Shown here: positions 26,367 through 39,971 of the stretch, piece after piece
Numbering within the stretch: position 1 is the first letter of the stretch
Layout: every line of letters starts with the position of its first letter
Source of the DNA: Lingula anatina
Taxonomy: Eukaryota; Animalia; Brachiopoda
Direction: 5' to 3'
Length of the DNA: 64,000 nt
Assembly (NCBI GenBank): GCA_051362555.1
Contig: CM120641.1
Location: 37,268,401-37,332,400 of the forward strand
Notes under the pieces: generated by a model
What the model saw: the letters and a program-made list of their open reading frames with translations, nothing else
Databases searched by the model: none
Told to the model about the DNA's origin: nothing
Made by a program: the position numbers and the translations under genes

Positions 26367-27926
26367 ATCTCCAAAACTGGCAGAGATAGGTCCATTTACT
26401 ATTGAAGTTGAATAGGAAGTCATATACTGGCAATCTTACTGTGACCTTGACATTGACCTTTGACCTACTTTTCACCATGAACTGAACTTTGCAAATTTTG
26501 CTTCCCTTTTATCTCCAAAACTGGCAGAGATAGGTCCATAGTTACTATTGAAGTTGAATAGGAAGTCATATACTGGCAATCTTACTGTGACCTTGAAATT
26601 GACCTTTGACCTACTTATCACCATGAACTGAACTTTGCAAATTTTGCTTCCCTTTTATCTCCAAAACTGGCAGAGATAGGTCCATAGTTACTATTGAACT
26701 TGAATAGGAAGTCATATACTGGCAATTTTACTGTGACCTTGAAATTGACCTTTGACCTACTTTTCACCTTGAACTGAACTTTGCAAAATTTGCTTCCCTT
26801 TTATCTCCAAAACTGGCAGAGATAGGTCCATAGTTACTATTGAACTTGCATAGGAAGTCATATACTGGCAATTTTACTGTGACCTTGAAATTGACCTTTG
26901 ACCTTCTTTTCACCATGAACTGAACTTTGCAAATTTTGCTTCCCTTTTATCTCCAAAACTGGCAGAGATAGGTCCATAGTTACTATTGAAGTTGAATAGG
27001 AAGTCATATACTGGCAATCTAAATGTGACCTTGAAATTGACCTTTGACCTACTTTTCACCATGAACTGAACTTTGCAAATTTTGCTTCCCTTTTATCTCC
27101 AAAACTGGCAGAGATAGGTCCATAGTTACTATTGAAGTTGAATAGGAAGTCATATACTGGCAATCTTACTGTGACCTTGAAATTGACCTTTGACCTACTT
27201 ATCACCATGAACTGAACTTTGCAAATTTTGCTTCCCTTTTATCTCCAAAACTGGCAGAGATAGGTCCATAGTTACTATTGAACTTGAATAGGAAGTCATA
27301 TACTGGCAATTTTACTGTGACCTTGAAATTGACCTTTGACCTACTTTTCACCTTGAACTGAACTTTGCAAAATTTGCTTCCCTTTTATCTCCAAAACTGG
27401 CAGAGATAGGTCCATAGTTACTATTGAACTTGCATAGGAAGTCATATACTGGCAATTTTACTGTGACCTTGAAATTGACCTTTGACCTTCTTTTCACCAT
27501 GAACTGAACTTTGCAAATTTTGCTTCCCTTTTATCTCCAAAACTGGCAGAGATAGGTCCATAGTTACTATTGAAGTTGAATAGGAAGTCATATACTGGCA
27601 ATCTAAATGTGACCTTGAAATTGACCTTTGACCTACTTTTCACCATGAACTGAACTTTGCAAATTTTGCTTCCCTTTTATCTCCAAAACTGGCAGAGATA
27701 GGTCCATAGTTACTATTGAAGTTGAATAGGAAGTCATATACTGGCAATCTTACTGTGACCTTGAAATTGACCTTTGACCTACTTTTCACCATGAACTGAA
27801 CTTTGCAAATTTTGCTTCCCTTTTATCTCCAAAACTGGCAGAGATAGGTCCATAGTTACTATTGAAGTTGGATAGGAAGTCATATACTGGCAATTTACTG
27901 TGACCTTGAAATTGACCTTTGACCTA
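26367..27926 (+). repeat. 146-bp satellite array (~10.7 copies) inside the element
   Basis: atctccaaaactggcagagatagg recurs at 26367, 26511, 26657, 26803, 26949, 27095, 27241, 27387, 27533, 27679 and 27825. Confidence 0.95.
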
Positions 27927-28831
27927 CCTTACAATGAACTTAACTTTGATTGCACCATTTTTAGTTATATATATTTTTTGCATATTTTGAAAATTCTTGT
28001 TGATTGCATTTTTACAGCTTGTCAAGCACAAGACTGGTGGCTGCACCCCTTATTTTGTGTATGTGGGGGTCTATACGAATGCGCTTGCTCCAGCTGGTGG
28101 TACAATATTCGGAGGCGGTATCGCCTCTCTGATCCTCTAGTTAAAAAATATTAGTTTACAATTTTGTTGAGTGCTCCTATGATGACTGGATAATATACGG
28201 CAGCTATCATTATTAAAAAAGATAAACCATAATCTTTAACGTTCTTTTACCAGCATATTAAGTCAAATACATTGTTTTACTAATAGAGATACTGTGCATT
28301 TGTTGTCTGTGAATAAGTCACATAATCAAGAAATTATATGTTATGATGAGCATTGACATTGAAGTCATTCAGTATTTGCCATACCATCCAATGACATCAG
28401 GGTCAGCTCAGTGGCAGTGCATCTGTTGAAATCTTTTAGTTTTACATGCAAGTACTAATAATCACATAGTATGGTACATTTAAAGCAGCAAATGCACTTC
28501 ATTCAACTTGTGTCTAGATTTATTCCAAAACGGAGGGCATTTTTCATTGTTCAGTTAGGTTGTTGTTTTAAAGTTTGGGTTGCTGTCAAATGACAGTAGT
28601 TCATTTTTTAATGTCAGTGTAAAAAAATAATACACAAGTTTGAAAGATTTGATGTTTCATTTCAATGTTTTATTAGTCAAGTTGGATGGTATTTTAATAG
28701 TAAGGATGAAAACCACTGCATGCACATTCAAATGTTCAGTCTATATTTAAAAGAGAACTTTCTTTTTTTTTTCAGGATTAGTCATCATTTGGAAAACCAT
28801 CATCTGAACTCTTTGTTTACACTAAAGACTG

Positions 28832-30082
28832 ATGGCAGGTCGCAGTGGTGCTCAAAGGCCCAATGGAGCAACACAGGGCAAAATATGTCAGTTTAAACTG
28901 GTATTACTAGGGGAATCTGCAGTAGGAAAATCAAGTTTAGTTCTAAGATTTGTCAAAGGACAGTTCCACGAGTACCAGGAGAGTACCATTGGAGGTGAGA
29001 CAGAAATATAAATTGGTGTTGTTTATAATTAATATGTATTTATAAGGCATTCGGATCCATGAATCTTGCAAAAACGTAACCTTTTCATTTATGTATAAGA
29101 ATTGTGTACTCCATAAATGTAAACAAGATCCCTGTTCATTGGATTTTGAAGTTAAATTATCGTAACTTTTTAATTATTGATAAAAAATTAGCTCTGTCTA
29201 AACATAACGAGAACTTATAAAATGAGATTTGTACACCCAACCATTTCTGGTTTGAGAAGCCTGTAGGTCAGTGTGTGGAAGTGGGAACCTGCTTTTATTG
29301 TCTAAAATGTCACTGTATTAATTAACTTGCACTCATCAAGCAAACTCTTGTTCTCCAGCTGCATTTCTCACACAGACAGTCTGTCTTGATGACACAACAG
29401 TTAAGTTTGAAATCTGGGACACAGCAGGTCAGGAGAGGTACCACAGTCTGGCCCCTATGTATTATAGAGGTGCACAAGCTGCCATAGTTGTTTATGATAT
29501 CACAAATCAAGTAAGTGATTTGGATCATGCTAGGCTAACATTGGTGTATGTGTGTCTGTGTGTGTACATTCACCTGTGAGAGAGATAAGCCTGGGCCCAG
29601 TTTTATAAAGGACGTTTAGCACTAATCAGTTTTTAACTCTAACCAGACCTAAACAGTCTGTTAGTTAACTGGCCTTTAAATAATTATTTAATCCAGTTAA
29701 ACACTGGCCAGTTAACTAATTGGCCGTTTTCCATCAGAAGACTGTATATGAAACACAATTTAACCATCTTTTAGTTAATGGGTGTTAGGAGAATTTATCC
29801 ACTGGTTAGGCTTATCCACTGGTTAGTGCTAAACGTCCTTTATAAAACTGGGCCCTGATTTTTAGCTTTTACATTTATATGAATCAGTGTATTGATAACA
29901 ATAAGATATTTTCAAGGGTGGTTATGCTATACCCTACCTGAATATGGGGTTTTGAAAATAATTTTTGGTTTCTCCCCCATCAGTTTCATAAGACATTTTT
30001 CTCCAAATGTTTTAATATAGCAATACTAAATGGTAATAAATTGTTAACTTATGTGGTTGATTTAAAAGCTTTTATGGCGTTG

Positions 30083-30128
<46 letters not shown>

Positions 30129-31280
30129 CAATACAATAGTCTAGTTCATTGATTTTAGACACTAGATGGTCAGATAATGTTATTTATCTGAGTGCTGTGC
30201 ATTTACCAACATTAGTACCAACTTTTCCAGTAGCATTATAGTTTCATCTCAAAAATTTGTTTTCTTGGTCAATAAAAATCACTGTGGTGCAATATATATT
30301 TCTAAATGGTTAGCAATTAGGGTTCATTAGTGACATCAAAGGCTGTAATAAAAAATGAGTGAAAGTGTTGTTTGCCTAGAAAATCAATAAATTGTGGCAT
30401 TTTTCATAGCCATCGCTCAATGTGTCTGTGTACCTTGTTGGCTTAAAGCCAGATCACTCAAAATGACTTCTTAAGTAACCTATTTCTTCTTTTCAGGATT
30501 CATTTGCCAGAGCAAAGACTTGGGTGAAGGAACTTCAGAGACAAGCCAGCCCTAATATAGTGATAGCGCTATCAGGAAATAAAGCCGACTTGGCTAATAA
30601 ACGAATGGTAGACTATGAGGTAAGGGCAATACATAAGTCACTTAGAAATAATAGATTTGAAGTTTCTTGGGTATGATTGATAAGCTTCAATGGTTCAAAG
30701 TAAAATATCCATTTAAGTCAGTTCAAAAATGGGTGTAAAATGTGAAGCTTTGATGTCAAATAGTATGGTCACAGTCAAAAAGTAAATGGACGTTGGGAGG
30801 GGGGGGGGGGTAAGTACCAAGTTCTCTTTTCACAAAAAAAAAATCACTGTTTTTTGTTTGCTTTGGCAGGAAGCTCAGGCGTATGCAGATGAAAATAGTT
30901 TATTATTCATGGAGACATCAGCCAAAACTGCCATGAATGTAAATGACATTTTCTTGGCAATAGGTATGTATGTTTTGCCTGTTTTCTAAGGAACAAGTTT
31001 ATTCCTTTTTGTCCCTTAATATCTCTATGTTTTTTCATTTAAACTATCTATCTAGAAGTTCATAAGCATCATTGTTTCTCTTGGAAAAATAGTTTGTTAC
31101 ATCCTCTTTTTGGGAAAGTTAATCCACTTTCACCTTTCGAGTTGAGACAGTTTCAATATTTCATTTTTAGCCAAGAAACTCCCCAAGACAGAGCAAGGTG
31201 GTCAACAGCCACAAAGGAACCAAGGAATGACTATCACACAAGAAAACCAGCAATCCAGTGGTGGGTGCTGCAAGTCTTAG
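28832..31280 (+). CDS. RAB5: Ras-related protein Rab-5
   Basis: Exons 28832-28994 ([12 protein letters not shown]...[34 protein letters not shown]), 29359-29510 ([19 protein letters not shown]), 30497-30619 (GNKADL), 30870-30963 (ETSAK), 31171-31280 (GGCCKS*). Non-coding exon 1 ends at 23293. Confidence 0.97.
29594..29854. mobile_element. PIF/Harbinger-like MITE (CTG target duplication) in a RAB5 intron
   Basis: CTG|ggcccagttttataaaggacgtttagcactaa ... ttagtgctaaacgtcctttataaaactgggcc|CTG: 32-bp perfect TIRs and a 3-bp CWG duplication. Confidence 0.82.
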
Positions 31281-33277
31281 ACAAACTGTGCAGTATGGAC
31301 TACATTGAAAATAGCCATATGCAGTTGAATAAATGGAACTGGTTCTATAAAAAGTCATGCTTATATAAAACAAAGTGAGATCGTCCACAGTAACGATTTC
31401 AGGACAATGTGCAATTCCACCTGGTATGACGATGGACAAAGTTTTAAAGGACCAGAGGGAAGTGATTTCCACCATATCATTATCATGTCATTACTTCACT
31501 TTACTCTTAAAGAGGACTGTATCACTTTAGTCTGTTTGACAACAAGAGTAAAATCTAATGTATGGTATTGTGGATATTGTATAAAAAAAGGACTAAATTG
31601 TGTGTGGCATAGCCAGTTTGAAATCTGTCTCTGCCAGAGTTTGAGGTGAGAGCTCTTAGTGATTCAGATTTCAAATTGACCAAACATGATATTCTTTTCC
31701 ATGTATACAGATTAATTATTAACGACAAGAAAAGAATATTGCATGTAATAATATCCTTCACTTCTACTTAGCTCTAGTGCAGGTTTGCATGTCGGAGGTT
31801 TGTACAGTAACTAAATTGGCATGCAAGCTTGTTGTATTTTTGTCTGTAGTCATTGCACATTGGAGGCTTGGTTTTACTTAGCAGATTACAAAGCGTGCTG
31901 TATGCAGTCCCATTTAAATTTATGGAGTGATACACAAAGAATTAAAAAGATTGTCGAATTTTAGTATGTGGACATCAATGACAGATTTACTTCAACTTGT
32001 ATGATAAACCATTTCGCTCATAAACCGGTTCCAGATACAGAATTGTGTTAAACTGCTAAGGGCCATTTTATTGCAGTGTGGCAATTCCATTGAAAAGAAT
32101 ATGATCCACATTTTCTTAAGCCATATTAAGGATGGACATTTTGGACTTTGCATTATACTTATTAAGTAAAAGTTGAGGGAAATGTTAAAAGCTGTAACCA
32201 ATGCTGGTTTGGTTTGTATCAAGAAGTTGCGCTGCATATTTCTGTAAAAACATTAACTATTTTATTTTCAGCTCATTATATTCTAGATATATTTCATCTC
32301 GATTTCATATTTCACCAAACTCCTTAACAGCAAATCAAATGAATTGACAGGATTTAGATGGAACTTAATTGGGAAGGGTTTGGAAAATATTTAAATTTAC
32401 ACTTTTGTGGCATTTTCCACAAGTTTTTGTGTAACTAACCCAGTTGAATAATTTGAAGAGATTTTTATTGACTGTAAGTTATGAAATGGTGTATGTATAT
32501 ATATTTTCAACTTCACATAGTGCAAGATGCAGAGATATTGCATCTAAAGAAAGTGTTCAAAAGTGAAGCGATCAAGCTGGAAGTATTAATAATGTAAAAT
32601 AAATATGGGTCTTGTATGTACATAGAAAGATGTTGGATGTAAGTATCAAATAATGCTGTTCCATATCTTATATATCAATAAATCTTGCCTCACTTGCTGT
32701 CGCTTGCATGCTTTTAGTGATCTAAAATGTTAAATTTTTGTTTACAAGGATGGACTTTCTGTAGGCTTTTGTGTGTGCTATGAATTTCACAGCTAACTCT
32801 GGATGATTTCATTAATTGAAAACAAAATCAGTTTTCCTCGAATTTTTTTTACTGTTGCTGTACTTGAGCTTACCTTTGCATATAAAAATATGTAATTAGA
32901 TTCTGTTGACAGAATTTCATAGATTCAAAGTAAACCCCATTACATTTTTTTACTCAATTTTATGGTACCTGATATACAAAACATACAAAAGAAAGCACTC
33001 CTGGTACAAAAATTAATCTGCTGTAATACATAATTTTTTTAAAGAAAAATAATCCCAGAATTATGGGACTCATTTTGTCTTTGTTTATCATAGTGTCTCC
33101 CCCCTTATCTGTCCTATTAAACCACTGTAGTAGTCTGTGCAAGGCACCCAGTGCTCCTAGAATGTGGGTCAACACAGATAAGATGTTAATAATATGGGTC
33201 ACTCCTGCCAGGAGTGGGACCGATGTCTGTTCAAATGCACCAAAATCTGTGCAATCTGAGAGTAGTAGTGGCCTTTG

Positions 33278-35573
33278 TCATGAGGGAGTGTATGGCCCAC
33301 TAGCTAACAACAAATTTCTTCTTGTGAAATGCGTACACAGCACTGGTGTTGCCTTTGTTTGATATGATCCAAATTCATAATTCTCATTTCTGAAATATTA
33401 AAATTACTCTGCATAAATAATGACATAAATAATGTATAGGCAAATGCAACATCTAAAGCATAATGATCTACTAGTTTGATTTTACTCTTATATTGTATTT
33501 ATATCACAGCAGGTTATTTGCTTACAGTATATATGAAGGCAACTCCTTCAACACATTCAAAATCAATTTGTACAATAACACAATATAGCTTAAACACTTC
33601 AAACTCACAAGTCTACATTTGCTGGAACATTTAGATCCCCTTCACTGTCCTGACTATTGAAGACTTTCGCAACTTGCCATAGTTTCACACAGTTATCCAT
33701 GCCACCTATCCAGCAGAAAAAAAGAACATTTTTTGACAAAAAGATTCGTAAAAAGGAGGCAGCTATTGGTAAGTTTGCTCACAAAATGTCCCAGAGTTAT
33801 GAAAGCAAAAATGAGTAGTTGAAGATAACAAGGTAACCTTTTTCAATGTATAAAGACTAGTTAAAACTGGTTTGAATTCCAACACGACCTTACCTGAGGC
33901 TAAAACTGAACCATCTCTACTGAAACTCAATGAGTAGATAGTGCCAGTATGACCCTTCAACTGGCCTACTAAGGTCCCATTAGCCAGATCCCACAATAAA
34001 ATTGTTTTATCTACACCTAAAAAAGAAACATTCTTTAATTTGTGCCTTCATTTCAGATTATTCTTTTTTATTTTTTCATCAAGTGGTTTTTCACTGTGAT
34101 GGTAAATGGTTTGTATTTGTATGAGGAATTTATTTTTAAGCAAGGTCTGTCTTTGTTCAGAATATCTAATTTGTGATTGATGATCATACCTGCTGAAGCT
34201 AGATATCTTCCATCAGGTGAAAACCGCAAACAGTGAATAGCACCCTGAAAATAAAATACAACAATAATGATATTTTAAACACATCCTTCTTTCAATTATT
34301 AAAGCATAAACTGGTTATGTAATTAGTTTCAAAGACTTATAAGATGGTTCATCACTGCAGCAAACCATTCATATGAAATTAAACAATAAATTCCTCCAGA
34401 AAACCCACACCTCAATTCACTTTGATAGAAAATAAAGCCTCACCTTGTGTCCCGTGAGTATTCTTACACAATTGCCCCCTAAAACATCCCACAGTCTTAC
34501 AGTGCGATCACTGGATCCTGTGGCAATGTAATTACTGTTGGGATGAAACTGTATACTCTGAAATATGTCATGTGGTCATTAGTGACTGCATTAGGGTGCC
34601 AACTCAGGTGGATGCCAGTTACTTTTTTTGCAATAAAATGTGATTAAAAAGCACATACTGCTTTAACAAGGATGGAAGCGGCTGTCCTGGATGACAAAGT
34701 CAATTTTTAATCAAAGATTTATGTGAATTACATTTCAAGAAAATCGTAACTTTCTTTTGAAAGACCAAGAAGACTATCTATAACTTGTTACCATAGTCTC
34801 CTTAGAGTTAACACACAACAAGCCAAAAAAAGAACAGCCATTTTTAAAATGCCAAGCAACTAGTAATGGCAAACAATTTCACCTCACTTACATCTACATC
34901 TGACAAATGACCAGCAAAGATCCTAAGAGGCTGATAATGATCTGTGGCCCACAGGCGTGCTGTTCTATCATGACTGGCAGAGGCAAAGTAGTGACCATGT
35001 GGACTGGAAATGAATAAGTTACATACAAAATGTGTAAAATGAAATAATTTTTTTTTCTTAATTTTTTTTCTTTCTTTCTTTTTCTTTCTTTTTTTTCTTT
35101 TTTTTTTTTTTTGGGGGGGGGGGGTTCTATTCAAGAATTTTTTTTTTTTACTTTGTACAGCATGAATCACCAGCTCCTCAACTGAAACAATGAACTGTCC
35201 AAATTGTAAATGCTGTAAATCAAGGTTTAGAAGATTTACCTTAAGTTAACATTACCCTTTTTTTCATTTGGTGCTTTTGCCTACCTAAATGTCACATCCC
35301 ACACTGGAGAAATGTGTCCTTTATAGCATACTAAATTACTCCATGTCAATAGGCTCCACAGTCTTACTAAATACAATAAAAGACATGAAATAAACAGCAA
35401 AGCTATGGCAGATATAGACAATGGACATTACAAAAGATGAGATAATCTGAACAAATATATATTTAATGTAGTCTTTAATTTCATATTAAACAGTGCAAGC
35501 AGATATAAAGATTCCAACATATGCATACATACATAAAAACACTCTCAAGAGGAAAAATAAATCACAAAGGCAG

Positions 35574-35638
<65 letters not shown>

Positions 35639-38600
35639 TTCTTCAAACCTGTTCCATCCTCTGAACTTGAGACAAGAAAGTTTTTATCCATGCTGAGACT
35701 GGTGGAATAAACTGGCCCACTGTGGCCACATAGAGTCTTGTATTCTGAGGCTGTTCTATCATCCATCATTCTTTCTAATACATCATCTGAAATATGAATA
35801 AAATTGTTAAAGAACTATCAATCAGAGAGAGAAGAAAAAATAATCTTATTTTAATTAAATACACTATGTAAAAAAAATAGTTTACACATAAGTCATTCAA
35901 TTCACATAATCACAACTGGAAATTCTAACTTACCAACATCTTTGTCAATCATATCCAACTCCACACCAGTCTTCATACACCGCAACTTATTGGGAGTTGT
36001 TGACCAAACTTTGATCACAGCATCACTGAAACCTGCACTGAGAATGCTGGAGTCTTCACTAATTTCTATTGATGTTGTGCTGAAATAATAGTGCAGTTCT
36101 ACAGTAACAACCACTGACATAGCGCCATATTACTTGATAAAGTAAAAAAATATAGGATTAATTTCCATGTCAAAGAATTTACAGTGACTCTACTTTTTCA
36201 GCAAACCACAGCTGTTGACTCTACTTTATCAGATGATCAAAGACTTTTTTCTACTTCATCAATATAGTAAGTACCCATTTGTCTTAACATACATTCGAAG
36301 TATTTTAACATAAACAGAACACAATCTTACTTTTCATAAGAATTCAGCAAAGTGTAAAAACAAATAGATGGCTTATTCTCTTGCGTTATTTTAACTCTCT
36401 TCAAGGCTTCCTTGTATGCATTGGCTTTTTCTATTTTGTCTGTGTCTTTGCTGCAAAAAGAAGAAACAAAATCTATTTCAATTCTTGTCTGCATTGGCTT
36501 TTGCGATTTTGTCTATGTCTTTGCTGCAAAAATAAACACAATCTATTTCAATTCTTATAACGTGAAGTCCCCCCTTAAACTTACTACCCAATTTTGCAAT
36601 ATGTAGTGATCCTAATATCTTCATTCACTGAATGTATCAAAGGCAGCAAGACACTATGTACCAAATAAAAACTTTACAGATGAGTTTATATCACAATAAA
36701 AAGCTTTCAATATGTTAATGTGCATGATACTTGTTTTATTGCTTTACCAACAAAACCAATTTATATGTTGAACATTTTCTTACAGTTCAGGAAGGGGTAT
36801 CCTTGTGTTACTGGGAGCATTTGGGTCATTTTTTGATTTCTTCATGGACAGCAGATCTTTCTTTTGTTTCTTTTTCTACAAATGAAAGTTAAGCAGATGG
36901 TAGACATTTGTTTAAATATTAAAATATTTCTTTAAAAGGTGACAAACTGAGTTTTGCAAAAAAATAAAAATAAATAAATAAATAAATAAACAATAAACAA
37001 TAATTAAATTAAATAAAAATGCTCACCTTAGGTTTATCTTTATCCTCTCCATCTGCATCATCATCATCGTCCAAGGATATGTTTATATCAGGTTCCTTCA
37101 GAAGTCCATACAGAACCTTGGACTTGTTGGCTGTGGCAATAAATACCAATTTTTAATCACAAATTTAAGTTCCACAAGAGGGGAAAATAATAAATAAAAA
37201 ACATTCCTGCCCATTATATACCTACTCACTAAAACACAATTTCTGTTTTCGTGTAAATCACCTGTACCATCAATGCCAATTATCATAAATTTTGTGTAAA
37301 TCTAAGAATGTAGTGGGGAAAAAAAATTCTACATAACAGTATTAAGTTATTAAATACCATATTTCAAACATTTTGCTATTTGAAATTCAAAATTTACTCG
37401 TCAAAAGATATCACTGCACAGAAAATTCTTATATTTTTTTAGCCATCGGATACAAAATGAGATAATTTAAACCTAGAAAGCAAATACTGTGATGGACTCA
37501 CCTTCTCTCCTGGCTTCCCCAGACATCCCTCCAGATGTGACATCTATCTGCTGCTTGGTTCTTGGTAAACCATCATACACTAACATATACAAGGAAGCAT
37601 ATTCAATATGACCCAAAATATACAACTGCATATGTCAGATATGTCTATACTTGCACCTGTAAAGTTCTACAAACCCATATGTTCCTAAAGATATCATTAC
37701 CTATACACACCAATCATATATATATATGGTTTGTTTTTCATATTTTCTGCCTACAGGACTTTTGGTATTTTATAACACTCAATTAAATAATATGCAATTA
37801 CATTGCCCTTTTTTTAAGGCAGTCACATTGTCAATGATGAGTAAGAACTTATACAACTAAAATACCTCCCTGAAACCTGGGAATTTAAAGAATCTGAACC
37901 AAAATATAGATGAGGAAAGTAATGTGTTGCAAAATATTGTACATCGTCTAACTTACCATCAATAAATAGGCGTTCTTGTATGATATTTAATAAAAGCGCT
38001 TGTTTCTTCTCTTGGAGGTACCTTTTTAGTTGTGTGTAGGACTCCCTTGACATTCTGATGACAAATCTGCTAGTTCTGTAAAAATCATATTGTAATTTTA
38101 TACTAAATGTCCTGTGCTTTTTTGCTTTTATGAAAACTGGCTTAAACTGTAAAAGCAAAGATGCTAACAACTGTCACTTTAACAAATTAAAAAAAAAGTG
38201 TCTATTTCACAAATATCAATAGTGTAAGCAACAATTCACCCATTCTTGAACTTTGAAAATCAGAGATCCTCCAGTTGGCAAAAACTCCTAATGTTTGCAA
38301 TATGTCTAAGATGTAAAATCTAGCCTAAAAGTCAAACTTTTACCTGAAGCTTTCCATGAGCTGGTTTCCCTGCATATGCTCTTTTTTAGAGACTGTTGAC
38401 AACTTGATGAGATCATCTTCATAATAGCTTTCTTGTTCTTGAGAGAATTTTATGAAAAATATTTGGCCTAGAAAGAAACAAACAAAACATCTCTGTGATT
38501 TGGTTATTATGAATCCTTTAATTTAATAATATCACATTGACACTGACTTATACACATACAATTCTCAAGCCTTTAAATCACAGTTAAAAAATCTTTAATC

Positions 38601-39771
38601 AGGTCAGCCTTTAGGTTGCAGGTTTTAAATGGTATAAAACGCCAAAAGACATTATTACTTGTCTTACCTGCTACTTCATGCCCATTATATATCAATTCCA
38701 GATACATCTGTACAAACACTGGGTATAGCAGTGCAGCCAGTTCACCCTGTGGAAAGAGAAGAAAAAATCTAAAGCCCATACTTGTATAGGAAAACATGAG
38801 GCAAATTCCATAATGGGTATTTTGATTACTAAAAGCATGTTCACAAATGGACTCTCTTTGACCTGAAATTGAACAGACCTATTTGTTGCCACTAACTCGA
38901 TTGCTATACATGATCAGATTAAAAATCTTAAGTCAGAAGGCATACATCTGATTCATGTCATATTTTAGTCTGGTGATACTTATAAGTATAAAAGTAGTTT
39001 AAGTTATGATGGTTTCAATTTTACTTTAAAAATAATCCATGATACAGCTATTTAGCTATTACTATAGTAAAATGACATTCTTTATGTGACAATTGCATGT
39101 AATATAATGAAAGGTCCTCACCTTGTATGTATCCAACGATTGTTCTACAAAGTTCTTTAAATTTGTATAGAAATCCTCATAGAGGGATGGGTCTCCTTCA
39201 CTGAAAATTTACCAAAATACAACACATCAAACAGTTTAATCAATCATATTTTCAAGTGCTATAAATTTTTTTCTTGTATGCTACAATGCTATATAACATG
39301 TAACATGCACTGCTCATACTAATAGCATGCAACATATGCAAAACAAATTACCTCTTGTATGCAGCCAGGGCCTGTGAAACTTCTGAAGCATTTTGTGACT
39401 GCTGTTCTTTGGGAACATCATCATCTTGGATATTTGCCTCTTTCTTTAACAGAGTTTCAGTTTCCTAGGAAAATGTATGAGGGTATCTTTTAATACATTT
39501 TTCATTTCAAATATGAACTATAAAATTCGTTTTAATACAGTTAAAATAATCATTTAAGTTTTTGTAATTTTTATATGTTGTCTTTTAATCTCAAGTTAAA
39601 TTTTATATTGCTTATTGTATAGTGATTAATGAACCTTTAAGTCAGAAAACAAGTTCAAGTAACTCAACTCTCTGTATCTGTATCTGTCCATATACGTCTA
39701 AAGAGACCAATACTGGTATAAAATAGACGGGTAGGAGAGAGCTCATGGGAAACTTAGTCAAATAGTAGTCC

Positions 39772-39834
<63 letters not shown>

Positions 39835-39971
39835 AAGAGAGAGATCACCTTCAGATTGTTCTTGCGAAGGTACTGCAGCACTGCATATAGCGTCTGCTTA
39901 TCTGTTGAACTGCCATTTGTCGACGCACCGTTTGCCGCTTGGGGCTGAGTTTCGGTGCTGTTGCCTTCCAT
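33278..39971 (-). CDS. TAF5: Transcription initiation factor TFIID subunit 5
   Basis: About 19 minus-strand exons from 39971-39849 (LisH-like [15 protein letters not shown]). NTD2 ([28 protein letters not shown]), then WD40 repeats ([59 protein letters not shown]). Last exon 33389-33278 ([18 protein letters not shown]). Confidence 0.95.
35575..35635. repeat. (CA)n microsatellite in a TAF5 intron
   Basis: About 30 CA units. Confidence 0.95.
36411..36556 (-). repeat. 73-bp tandem duplication spanning a TAF5 acceptor/exon junction
   Basis: cttgtatgcattggctttt...ctttgctgcaaaaa...atctatttcaatt at 36411 recurs at 36484 with a few substitutions. Confidence 0.85.
39773..39844. repeat. Compound (GT)n(GA)n microsatellite in TAF5 intron 1
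   Basis: Directly visible. Confidence 0.95.

Larger units (their letters stand above)
24272..28142 (+). mobile_element. Helentron-associated non-autonomous element (HINE/DINE-1-like) in RAB5 intron 1
   Basis: 14-bp subterminal inverted repeats attgtaccaccagc (24272) / gctggtggtacaat (28093). 5' partial IR cgctggcggtac followed by a GC-rich microsatellite-like tract. 3' hairpin gaggcg-gtat-cgcctc (28112-28127), end ctagtt. Internal tandem arrays; no transposase ORF. Confidence 0.82.

Noticed and set aside
28399-28430. tRNA-like A box (agctcagtggcagtgca)
   Set aside because: No B box, anticodon arm or acceptor stem; at most a decayed SINE head.
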